Part shown: piece by piece, positions 1 to 11,020 of the stretch | Layout of the letters: each line of letters starts with the position of its first letter | Position numbering within the stretch: position 1 is the stretch's first letter | Origin: Amphiscolops sp. MND2022 | Lineage: Eukaryota | Reading direction: 5' to 3' | Length of the DNA stretch: 64,000 nucleotides | NCBI GenBank assembly: GCA_964187785.1 | Contig: OZ076409.1 | Span: forward strand, 93,808,001 to 93,872,000 | Position numbers and translations under genes: made by a program | Notes under the pieces: model-generated | The model's input: the letters and a program-made list of their open reading frames with translations, nothing else | Told to the model about the DNA's origin: nothing | The model's database searches: none

Positions 1-3000
1 ATGGGACAACCGATCAGTCAGCGAACAGTCGATCATTGCCCAATAAGACGACAATGAGGACGGGGAAACGGACATGCGCCCAAGAAGTTAACCATTCCTT
101 GCTTGGAAAAACATGACAATTCCAGTGCAAATTTGTGGTGGCGGAAACTTGTTCAGTGCATCAAATTGACAAACGATATTGATTTATTCACCATGACGAA
201 CTCAAAAGAAATCCTGCCACAATTCTGCGATCAACTAGAACTGGAGATCAAAGACACATTCCTATGGGCAAGTGGACAAACTGAACTAACATACATGACA
301 AAACGGTAAGAGAACGTGAAACTAGTGCTCTACCGCTACACAAACTATATACCCTATTCCGGCTAAATTTCACACCAGAAAAAAATAAAGCATAGCCGGG
401 CCAATTTCTTCGACCTAAACAGAGAAACGAACAAAACAACTGCGGATGTATAGAAAAGAATCTTGGAAGTCGAGAAGAACTGCGAATTCGGAACAATATC
501 AGCAGCTGAACTCCTAGCCTCAAAATTCTTATCACTCCAAGGAAAATCCACAGGAGATTATGAGTTCAGAACAAAAAATCCGGAAAACTGATACGTCGCT
601 AGAAGCAATCATAGAAGCAATACAAAAAAAATAATTGAAAAACTAAACGAGACCTCCGAAACTGAGGAAGAAAAGAAAATTCGACATGTGTAAAATTCAA
701 ATACACAAAAGAACAAACCAAACGTTACTCAAAAGCAAGGAGACTGGACTGCAACAGATGTGGAGCACCCAACTGGTCAACAATTTTACTGTCCCTCAAA
801 AAAGAGGAAATGCTCAAATGTGGTAAACTGCCGCACTATGCAAAATGTTGCAAATCAACACGGAAAATAAAACACATAGCAGATGAAAAAACGTACAGCA
901 CAGACGAAGACGACTGGAACCGGACAAATAACATTCCATTCAGCAAAAAAGAACTCAGTGGGAACCAAAAGCAAGAACGAACCATCGTTCTACCAGAAGA
1001 CACTATTGGTTGATAACCAACCAATAAAGTTCATCGTTGACACAGGCGCACTGGTAAAATTATTACCAAAAGCAAAATTCAACGATATAACAGTAATTAA
1101 GCCAGTAACAGAAGATTATCGAGACGTTATCGATAACAAAAGAAAGTTTGAAGGAAAAAAACTGCAATTATTGAAGTAGACGGTACAAAAAAAGCAACTG
1201 AAGATATTGATAACAACCAAACAAACACATCCATTTCTCGGACTGGACTGTTTGGGAAAACTGGGCATCGCTCTAAAAACACACAACTGCGGCCAAACAG
1301 TCAAACACATAGCCAATCCGGATTAAACTAACCGTAAACCGGATCGGGGAATGGCAACACTGAAAAGTGAGTTCCACAATTTTTTTTTGAAAAAAGACCG
1401 TGAAAGCCGTTGAAGTTGACATCCAATTGAACAAAGGGCAAAACTAATTGAACAAAAAAGTAGACTCATACCAATTCATTTACTATCCGCGGTTGAAAAA
1501 GAAAACCACCCATCGAAGAGTCGAAAACATTGATGAGAATTGTTTTGTGAGCACCGCGGTAATGATCATCAAAAATGACAAATCGGTCAAAATTGAACTT
1601 GACTCAAGAAAACGAAAGAAAAAAACGATAGAAATAAAAACGCAGATGCCGAACATGGAAGAGTGCATATCGAGAATTCAGAGAAAAATAGCGAATGGAC
1701 AGGGAGATAATTTTGGATCTCAAACTTCGACCTACACTACGCGTATGGTCAACTACAGCTTTCAAGAAGAGCAATCTAGCAATGCATTTTTGCAGTGACT
1801 GGTAGAAATTTTAGCGGCTACTTTAAGTTTTTAAAACGTTTCTACAGCTTAGCGGATATTCCAACAATAATTCAAGAAAAAAATTGAGCAAACACTGAAA
1901 CATGAACATCCCCCCAGGCTAGACGATATCATAGCCATACCAAAAGGCTCCAAACAAAAACACCAGGACCAATTGACAGATTTGTTAACCAAACTAGAAA
2001 ACGCCGGTTACAGACTGAGTGAAACTAAATCCGAACTATTCAAAACCGAAGTGGAATGGATCGGTCACAAAATTGATCAGAACGCTATCCGACCGTTGCA
2101 GGACAAGCTACACGCAATTGAAGAACTAAAAAAAACACAGAAATTGAAACAGAACTGAAATCTTTTTTGAGCGCGATTCAATATTCATCAAAATACATTG
2201 AAACTTTATCTGCACAAACGGATTTCCCGATTTTCTGAGGCAACTACTGAAGAAAGAAAGTGAATTGAAATGAACAGAAGCGCACTCGACCTTATTCGAA
2301 AATTGAAAACAAAAAATCACGGACATACCGTGTTTGGCGCATTACAATTCCACTTACCGAAACATAATAAACAGAGACGCTAGCATTAAATGCTTAGGGG
2401 CCACACTATGGCAAGAGCAACAGGACTGTAAATTGAAACCGATTGGATCTGTCAGCCGCTTCTTTTCTGACACGGGAAAAAAACGCTAATAATGAACGGG
2501 ATTTACTGGCGGAGATTTTGGGACTTGAGCGTTTCCGCTTGTGTGTTTACGAGAAACCGATGAAACTCGCGAACCACCAACCATTAAAACCACTAAGTGA
2601 ACGCAACAGCTAAAACAAAACGTATAGCGCGCGGATAACCAGATGTCTTGGCCGACTAGCACGTTTTTCAATCAACGTAAGCCATTTAGCTGGCAAACAC
2701 TTAGCACTCACGGAATATCTCAGCAGAAATCCGTCCGCACCACCGCATGCGGATGAAGCATACGAAGAAGAATAGGTAAACAATAACATCATACCGCACT
2801 ACTAAGTTGTGACCAAATATGGTAGTCTTAGCAACCATGTCGACCAATCAAAAACCTCAAGATTAACAAGAGAACCAAAAAATTCTAACACACGTGAACA
2901 AACTGCCATTACTAGCTTAATTAACTGCCAAAAAGCCTCATCAACTCAATATCATCAAAAGAGATATTGTGCATAGACGCCCGCACAACCGATACTCTAG

Positions 3001-5240
3001 AAATTGCGGACCCTTCTGCAAAAACACGGAACCTGATAGCCCGATGGAGAAACATCGTGAAACCGGGCATATCCCAACAATCTGGCAGCAGGTAGAAAAA
3101 TACCACGTGCAAAAATCCATCGGAAACGAGAGGAGAATCAGCGAAGAACAGCTACAACAAGCCATTCGCAACATCGAGGGCGAACAGCGAAACCACAACC
3201 ACGGCTTCTTACCACCGGAGAGACAAATTGAACAATGGACGGTAGACCGATTCTGGGGAGTGGACCGTCCGCAACAACCAAAACAAGAAGACCAATCCGG
3301 GCATTCCACGCGCAACGAACAAAGCTATCAGAAATGCATTCCATTAGAAGAAGGAGAAATTGGTTCAGACACCGACCAACACCCCTCAAACCTGGAAGTC
3401 CCGGCAGTTAACTGGGCAAAACATGTGGGCGTCAAAAGCGTCCACTATATAAAAATGGTGCACGCTCCAAAGGTAGACGCAGAAGAAACAAACCACTGGG
3501 ACCTGGGGAACGCCGTAAGAGAAACAAAAAAGAACTTCTCTACGGACCTCCATTTGTTAATGATCGAGACAACAAATGACCCGAAAATTCTCAAGACACT
3601 GGTCTGTCTCGAATGCTGGCAGTACACGAGAACACGCCCGAAAGGTTCATACTGTACAAAAAGAAGCTATCCACAAGCTAATGTTTTACAAAGACCGAGT
3701 CATAGTGCCCAAAAAGCTGAGAACAACGGTCATCGGCCTCCTTCACAAAGAACAGCCGGTGATAAACAAGATGTCTATGGCAGCGAAACATTTCTGGTGA
3801 CCCAGAATTACCGCAGCCATTCAGAAGAAATAGGACGGTTGCGTCCCGTGCCAAACGTCTGATAAGAACATTAAACCTAATTTACCAAGTACTGAAAAAA
3901 CCATTTGCCCCCGCTAAGTAAACCAAACAAAAAATTCCAATTGGAATTCATTGGCCCAATTACTGAAAAGAACCAATGATTCTTTATATTACTTTCAATT
4001 GACCGATCCAGTAAATCTCAACAGCTAGTTTTTGTAAAACAACAGACGGAAAAACAGTGGTTAGATTTTTGGAATAATGCCTGAACTTAAATGGTATTCC
4101 AAAAATATTAAGAACCGATAAAGCCACTGCATTTACAGGCCGAACGTTCAGAGAGTTTCGCAAAAAGCACCAAATTAACCTGATATACGGGACCCCGTAT
4201 AAGCATAAACCGACCGGACTGGTTGAACGCGGCGTTGGAATACTAAAAGAAATGCTACAAACAAATATAGATGCTGGTGAAAAAATTAGTGGAGCATTAA
4301 ACATGGCTTTGGATGTAACGCGAAAAACTTCACACACACGGTTTAAAAAGTCCGCATTCGAACTACACTTCGGACGTGAGCCAAATATCGAAATTAGTAA
4401 TCTGCTAAACCTTAACATATAAAACAGAAAATTCTTTTTGGCATACGCTGACACTCTAAAAGTGTACTCTTTCAACGGAGCTTGCGGTGTCTCTGACCAG
4501 TTACCGATGAAGCAGAAGAATAGGACCAGAGGAGTTAGTAGCTACCCCTTCTTTTTTCACAAAAAGAAAGTATTAAAACCAAAGTTTGATAGGGCTTACT
4601 CTGAAAAAATCCAAGTAGCTGTATCGGGTACTAATCACACCGTTGCAACGGTCGATAAAAGAATTTTACATAAAAACACATGAGTAAACCAATTTCTGAA
4701 ATTACACAGGAACCCAACAACAGAGGAACTGGACCCCGTGGACCAGATGGCCGATTCACAAAATCACTCAGGACGTTCACCATTCACGATTCGGACAGCG
4801 AATCCGAAAACACGGAACCGGAATCACCGGTAAAGATCATCCCGAAGATGAGCGGTACACTGGGAAGAGGACGCCCAAATTTGATCAGAAACCGCCAAAG
4901 CTCGGACTCACCCGGGGGGTCACGACAAACAGTCCAAATACAAACAACCAATGGAACAATGACAATAGTGGCGGAAAATATGACAAGCGAAGACGTCGAC
5001 CGCGCTATTGAAGACGCCAGAAAGGCCGATACGGAAATACACATTAAAGACACTAACGGTAAGGTCCTTCAAAACACTTTAAAACCCCCAAAAGAGGGAA
5101 GGAACAAGAAGAAGACGGGAAATTGGTTGAAACCTCCGAATTAGAATTACAAGTAACCTTAGTTCAAGCGCCGGAATAAAACAAGAAACAAAAGAACATA
5201 ACTTACGCAGATCAAAACGCTTAACAAAAACAAACCAAAT
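1..5240 (+). pseudogene. E1 gag-pol pseudogene
   Basis: ORF-track fragments 103-309, 883-1179, 1448-1798, 1973-2158, 2969-3862 and 4438-5144 align piecewise to the E3 polyprotein (e.g. EVPAVNWAKHVGVKSVHYIKM vs EVPTINWANYLGVKSVQYIKM; NRGTGPRGPDGRF identical). Confidence 0.9.
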
Positions 5241-5301
5241 TACCTCAGAAAAAAAACAATTACCCCATTTGTCAACTCCTGTCCAATCACGAAGCGGGGA
5301 A

Positions 5302-5417
5302 TGAAGTATCGTCTAGAGGACAAAGAACCATGAGACAATACTACTATTATTGTTCAATTAATCTATTCTCAAGTACCTGCTGCTAGTTTATTACATAAAG
5401 AATCTACACTATACTCA
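5302..5417 (+). repeat. Putative 3' LTR of E1
   Basis: Starts TGAAGTAT directly after the PPT (the E3 LTR also starts TGAAG) and ends ATACTCA, an imperfect inverted repeat of the start. The partner LTR is not in the window, so the right end is inferred. Confidence 0.5.
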
Positions 5418-5736
5418 GTAGCAAAAAATTCGATAAAGAATGCAGTTTGTGAGATACTGAATTTCTTGTATGAAACAGTTACAACAACTATAAGATGATG
5501 ACTACACATAAATTCGTGAAATTAGCATCTAATTTATGTTTATGTTGAAATGTTTTCAAACAGTTTGTTGCATGTGGGGGTAGACCAAAAAAATCCGGTT
5601 TAGCACAGTCTGCAAGATGTTTTTACCCGGTTTTTACACAATTTTTTTAAATTACGCTTTTAACCTCTCTGGTTTGGTTTTGTAGGTATGCTGGTACCGG
5701 TGATAGGCATGTGAATTCGGACCTCGCGGTAGCCTT

Positions 5737-6255
5737 TTCTGGTTGAAATTGCTTGAAATTTTTTATTACACTTTGGTTTAACAGCAATTTTTACTATGAT
5801 TTTTAAAACTCGGACGGAAAATTTCATGCGAAAACATTACCCTGTTACAGTCAACTATACTCAAGGTGCTTGAGAGAGTCATTAAAATTTTTGGGGCCAT
5901 TTCAAGCCTTGAAGTTCTGCAGGTTTATTTATGACATAGTTCTAATTTTAAAAGCAAGAAATTTACTATCAGTTTTACGGCCATTTTAATGCAAAAGAGC
6001 ATCAGTAGCGTAATAAACTGCAAATTAACGTCATGTTTAAGCGTTTTTTCTGGGAAGCGTTGATCACATCAGATGAGAAAGTGAGAAAACAATAAGTGAA
6101 TACAATGCCATCGTGTCGGTGATGAAGTGGGATTTATTTTCAGATTCAATAGCACTAGTGGAAAATGCAGTGTAATTCACGAGAGTCACTACCGGAACCT
6201 TATTGAAATTTTTATGTTTTATCGAAACTACCCTTCATTTTTGGCACGGAGTGTT
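5737..6255 (+). mobile_element. Degenerate copy of CCC-TIR family A (CMC/EnSpm-like non-autonomous element)
   Basis: Collinear with 40894-41440 (GTTGAAATTGCTTGAA...TAATAAACTGCAAA...TGATCACATCAGATGAG...TAGTGGAAAATGCAGTGTAATTC); termini eroded. Confidence 0.75.
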
Positions 6256-6902
6256 TCGCATACGATTTAGTTGAAAGTTGATAAATAATCAAAGATTATG
6301 AAGAGCGTTAGCTAAAACGTGATCTGTTATAATGTGTTCGGTTATAGCGTATTCAAGAGGAGCGTTTTTCTCTGAACGGACCGATAGTGCATTTATCAGG
6401 CAAATGGATTCCGAAAGACATCAAAATGGCAGTCAAAATTGATCAAGCTGCCTTTCAAGCTGTTTCAAGCTGCCTTGAAAATTAGGATGCATCTTTCAAG
6501 CAGCTTGATAAACGTGGAATACAGCAAATAAAAGTATCTAAGTTTCCGTCTAGTTTTCATGAAGTAATGATAAAATTGTAAGAAAACTTTCAAAAAGATT
6601 CGAAAAATATTTCGAGAAAAAGATTCATTAAAAACTAACAAGACCCCTTTGGGTGAACTTGAAAACACTTCGGGCAAAAACGTTGAACGGTGCCGAAAAA
6701 AACCCCACACGATTTCAATCCAAGTAAAATTGTCAAAAATCGAACGATGGACCCTTCGCATCATTTTGTTTCTCTAACACCGTAGGAACTTCTGAGTATC
6801 TTTTTTGTCAACTTCGGAAAAAGAAAGACCAAAACGACGACGTTGCTTTATTATCCGTTTTTTATTTTATGAAGCGACGACAAAAATTGGGTAATTAAAA
6901 AT

Positions 6903-7363
6903 AACAAGCCGGGAACGGGATAAGTCGGCGCCATATCTAATGCTCAAAATAGAAAAAGGACTTCAAAGTGTCAAGTATTCTTATCTACAGTACCCGAAAA
7001 ATATAGTACCCGAAGTTGGACATAACTGGCGCACTGGGGGCCCATGGCGCGCTAAATGCGAGGACTTTTTCAGATTTTTAACATCAATTCTGTTGCAAAA
7101 TATCAAAACAATTGAAGAAGGGACCCTTTGGAGACCTTGAAAATTTTTCGAAAATGTATCACAGTGCCGAAAAAAACTGAAAAGGGGACCCCTCAGTCCC
7201 GCCCGGTATTGTATATTACCCTGAAACACAGAAACAGATTTTTTGGTTAAGTTCCTTGTGCCAAAGTTCCGTAGAACTTTGTAGAACTACTTCAGTCAGT
7301 TTGGGTGCATTGAAAAAAAAAGACACTAGTATAGTCGCGTTTCACTCCAAGAGGCGCCGACTG
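6903..7363 (-). mobile_element. HINE/Helentron-like non-autonomous repeat (family C); duplicated at 8888-9348
   Basis: Reverse complement of the family ends: AACAAGCCGGGAACGG...AGTCGGCGCC at left, GGCGCCGACT at right. Confidence 0.75.
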
Positions 7364-7651
7364 AAAAATTAGGCTATAAATGATGGATTCCGCGTCGAAA
7401 GAGGTGAAAAGTAGAACAAAGAGAACACCTTTCTAGCAAGCAAAGAAAAGGTTTTCCGAGTCAGAGGAAATATCATATTCAATGGTTCAACAAGACTTGA
7501 TGTACATAAGTTTCATTTGCATGAGAATCAAGGCACTTGCATCAAGCTAATCTCATGAAAAATTACGCGGAGCAATTTCATTTCGATGAAAGCTGTAAAC
7601 ACGAGACGCCATGTTTAAAATTCATTCTCTCAAGCCTTGACTTATCTGCTT

Positions 7652-7694
7652 TGACTAATCTGTTCAAACACTGAGTGTTTGAACAGATTAGTCA
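7652..7694. repeat. Perfect palindrome, 21-bp arms with 1-nt spacer; second copy at 9637-9679
   Basis: TGACTAATCTGTTCAAACACT-g-AGTGTTTGAACAGATTAGTCA. Confidence 0.95.
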
Positions 7695-10063
7695 GACTGA
7701 ATTAACTTGTTTAAGGTCATATATTTTTCGAAGTCTGGTTGCCATAATTGATGCTCATCATGGAGCCAATGTAACTCAATGGAAAACCCCACATTGTATT
7801 GCTTCCAAACATCAAAATGGCTTACACTTTTGCGAATTAAGCCGAAATTTTGCCAAAAGTTAGCACTGAACTTACTCATTTTCATCGACCCAGTCTGTCA
7901 AAATCAAATTACACGCCCTCGTTTCGTGACAGATGTTAAACCTAATTTGCTCAGGTCATTTTGCAACAGCTATAAAGTTTATGATCTAAGTAGCGTAATA
8001 AACTGCAAATTAACGTCATGTTTAAGCGTTTTTTCTGGGAAGCGTTGATCACATCAGATGAGAAAGTGAGAAAACAATAAGTGAATACAATGCCATCGTG
8101 TCGGTGATGAAGTGGGATTTATTTTCAGATTCAATAGCACTAGTGGAAAATGCAGTGTAATTCACGAGAGTCACTACCGGAACCTTATTGAAATTTTTAT
8201 GTTTTATCGAAACTACCCTTCATTTTTGGCACGGAGTGTTTCGCATACGATTTAGTTGAAAGTTGATAAATAATCAAAGATTATGAAGAGCGTTAGCTAA
8301 AACGTGATCTGTTATAATGTGTTCGGTTATAGCGTATTCAAGAGGAGCGTTTTTCTCTGAACGGACCGATAGTGCATTTATCAGGCAAATGGATTCCGAA
8401 AGACATCAAAATGGCAGTCAAAATTGATCAAGCTGCCTTTCAAGCTGTTTCAAGCTGCCTTGAAAATTAGGATGCATCTTTCAAGCAGCTTGATAAACGT
8501 GGAATACAGCAAATAAAAGTATCTAAGTTTCCGTCTAGTTTTCATGAAGTAATGATAAAATTGTTCGAAAACTTTCAAAAAGATTCGAAAAATATTTCGA
8601 GAAAAAGATTCATTAAAAACTAACAAGACCCCTTTGGGTGAACTTGAAAACACTTCGGGCAAAAACGTTGAACGGTGCCGAAAAAAACCCCACACGATTT
8701 CAATCCAAGTAAAATTGTCAAAAATCGAACGATGGACCCTTCGCATCATTTTGTTTCTCTAACACCGTAGGAACTTCTGAGTATCTTTTTTGTCAACTTC
8801 GGAAAAAGAAAGACCAAAACGACGACGTTGCTTTATTATCCGTTTTTTATTTTATGAAGCGACGACAAAAATTGGGTAATTAAAAATAACAAGCCGGGAA
8901 CGGGATAAGTCGGCGCCATATCTAATGCTCAAAATAGAAAAAGGACTTCAAAGTGTCAAGTATTCTTATCTACAGTACCCGAAAAATATAGTACCCGAAG
9001 TTGGACATAACTGGCGCACTGGGGGCCCATGGCGCGCTAAATGCGAGGACTTTTTCAGATTTTTAACATCAATTCTGTTGCAAAATATCAAAACAATTGA
9101 AGAAGGGACCCTTTGGAGACCTTGAAAATTTTTCGAAAATGTATCACAGTGCCGAAAAAAACTGAAAAGGGGACCCCTCAGTCCCGCCCGGTATTGTATA
9201 TTACCCTGAAACACAGAAACAGATTTTTTGGTTAAGTTCCTTGTGCCAAAGTTCCGTAGAACTTTGTAGAACTACTTCAGTCAGTTTGGGTGCATTGAAA
9301 AAAAAAGACACTAGTATAGTCGCGTTTCACTCCAAGAGGCGCCGACTGAAAAATTAGGCTATAAATGATGGATTCCGCGTCGAAAGAGGTGAAAAGTAGA
9401 ACAAAGAGAACACCTTTCTAGCAAGCAAAGAAAAGGTTTTCCGAGTCAGAGGAAATATCATATTCAATGGTTCAACAAGACTTGATGTACATAAGTTTCA
9501 TTTGCATGAGAATCAAGGCACTTGCATCAAGCTAATCTCATGAAAAATTACGCGGAGCAATTTCATTTCGATGAAAGCTGTAAACACGAGACGCCATGTT
9601 TAAAATTCATTCTCTCAAGCCTTGACTTATCTGCTTTGACTAATCTGTTCAAACACTAAGTGTTTGAACAGATTAGTCAGACTGAATTAACTTGTTTAAG
9701 GTCATATATTTTTCGAAGTCTGGTTGCCATAATTATGCTCATCATGGAGCCAATGTAACTCAATGGAAAACCCCACATTGTATTGCTTCCAAACATCAAA
9801 ATGGCTTACACTTTTGCGAATTAAGCCGAAATTTTGCCAAAAGTTAGCACTGAACTTACTCATTTTCATCGACCCAGTCTGTCAAAATCAAATTACACGC
9901 CCTCGTTTCGTGACAGATGTTAAACCTAATTTGCTCAGGTCATTTTGCAACAGCTATAAAGTTTATGATCTAAACTGTCAATTAATACTCTTTGGCGTTT
10001 GAGTGTTTGGAGGTAAATATTTACTTTTAAAAATTTGATTTCAAACTAATTCTACGTATATGG

Positions 10064-10310
10064 TGTAATACGGTGTGAATACCGATACCGATTTCTACGG
10101 TGACATTGTCAATCAAACTTAAATCTCATAGACCAAGTTGGCAGAACTTATGTTTATATATTTGTAAACAACCTACTTCTACTTTGTATTGAGGTTAAAT
10201 CATTTGATGCTAGATATAGACATAGAAGAGATCGCATTGACATTGCTTTGAGTTAAAGAGATACTTTTAGAAAAACCTTTATTTCTTCTACTTAACCAAG
10301 AAATAGAACA
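10064..10310 (+). repeat. E2 5' LTR
   Basis: TGTAATACGG...ATAGAACA; about 4 mismatches to the 3' LTR by eye. Confidence 0.97.
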
Positions 10311-10324
10311 TGGCGCAGTCAGCA
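10311..10324 (+). promoter_or_regulatory. E2 primer-binding site (tRNA-Ser-like)
   Basis: TGGCGCAGTCAGCA abuts the LTR. TGGCGCAGTC is the known tRNA-Ser-type PBS start of several Gypsy elements. Confidence 0.8.
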
Positions 10325-10360
10325 TTTTAATTATTTGTTGAGTTTTACCGCAACAAAGAA

Positions 10361-10996
10361 ATGGCAACGGAAACGAAGCAGATAGAAGTGCCGAACTTCG
10401 AGGCCACATCAGACGGAAAACGGATTTTTACACCGAAACAGTGGCTCGAAAGATTCAGACAATACACAAAAAGAAAATATAAAATGGATATTACCGAATT
10501 GATACGGGGGGACGAGATGACTCAAAACGGCTGGACCGGAAAAGAAGCAGAGATACAAGAAGACTTCATATGGGGTGTGGGCCCCGAAGCACTGTACCAA
10601 ATGACACGGGCAGAATACAAAACAGAACCGGACAACATTGCGGTGAAAGATCTCATCAGGCTATTCAACGAATATTTTATACCGAAACGAAACACATATC
10701 ATAACCGCGGAGAATTCTTTTGGACAAAGCAAACCGAAACAGAAACACCCGAAGATTTCTGGCGTAGATTGATAGAGATAGAAAAAGAATGCGCGTTCGA
10801 AGGAATAACAGCCGAAGATCTACTCATCTCAAAACTTATGACCGCAATTACGGATACAAAACTTCGAGATAAACTAATGAAAGAGAAGAAACTCGAACTG
10901 AAGAAAACAATTGAAATGATAAAACAAAACACATATGAACGGAAAAACCGGAAAAACACAATTCCGGAAGCACTAATTACAAGCCGAGAAAAATAA
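10361..10996 (+). CDS. gag: E2 Gag, capsid part, ended by a single in-frame TAA
   Basis: 211-aa ORF just downstream of the PBS (PKQWLERFRQY, QTETETPEDFWRRL). Same frame as 11021-15304, with only one stop between them. Confidence 0.9.
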   Translation: MATETKQIEVPNFEATSDGKRIFTPKQWLERFRQYTKRKYKMDITELIRGDEMTQNGWTGKEAEIQEDFIWGVGPEALYQMTRAEYKTEPDNIAVKDLIRLFNEYFIPKRNTYHNRGEFFWTKQTETETPEDFWRRLIEIEKECAFEGITAEDLLISKLMTAITDTKLRDKLMKEKKLELKKTIEMIKQNTYERKNRKNTIPEALITSREK

Positions 10997-11020
10997 ATAA
11001 AAGAAGAACCGATACAAAAA

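Larger units (their letters stand above)
1..5417 (+). mobile_element. E1: degenerate Ty3/Gypsy LTR retrotransposon, 5' LTR outside the window; relative of E3
   Basis: Fragmented gag (WWRKLVQCIKLT), protease (FIVDTGA), RT (ELDSRK, QMPNMEE, KLENAGYRLSETKSELFK), RNase H and integrase remnants, collinear with E3. Many stops and frameshifts. Purine tract GAAGCGGGGAA at 5291-5301. Confidence 0.9.
6005..9973. repeat. Direct tandem duplication: two ~1985-bp units (6005-7989, 7990-9973)
   Basis: The units are nearly identical and their ORFs are offset by 1985 (6465/8450, 6940/8925). By eye I see three substitutions and one 1-bp indel. Confidence 0.97.

Noticed and set aside
1..4100. APOBEC-like G-to-A hypermutation of E1 Trp codons
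   Set aside because: Several TGG became TAG or TGA, but others became TTG or TGT amid many indels, consistent with ordinary neutral decay.
6465..9214. Duplicated small genes (99, 66 and 82 aa)
   Set aside because: Chance ORFs across repeat fragments inside the tandem duplication.
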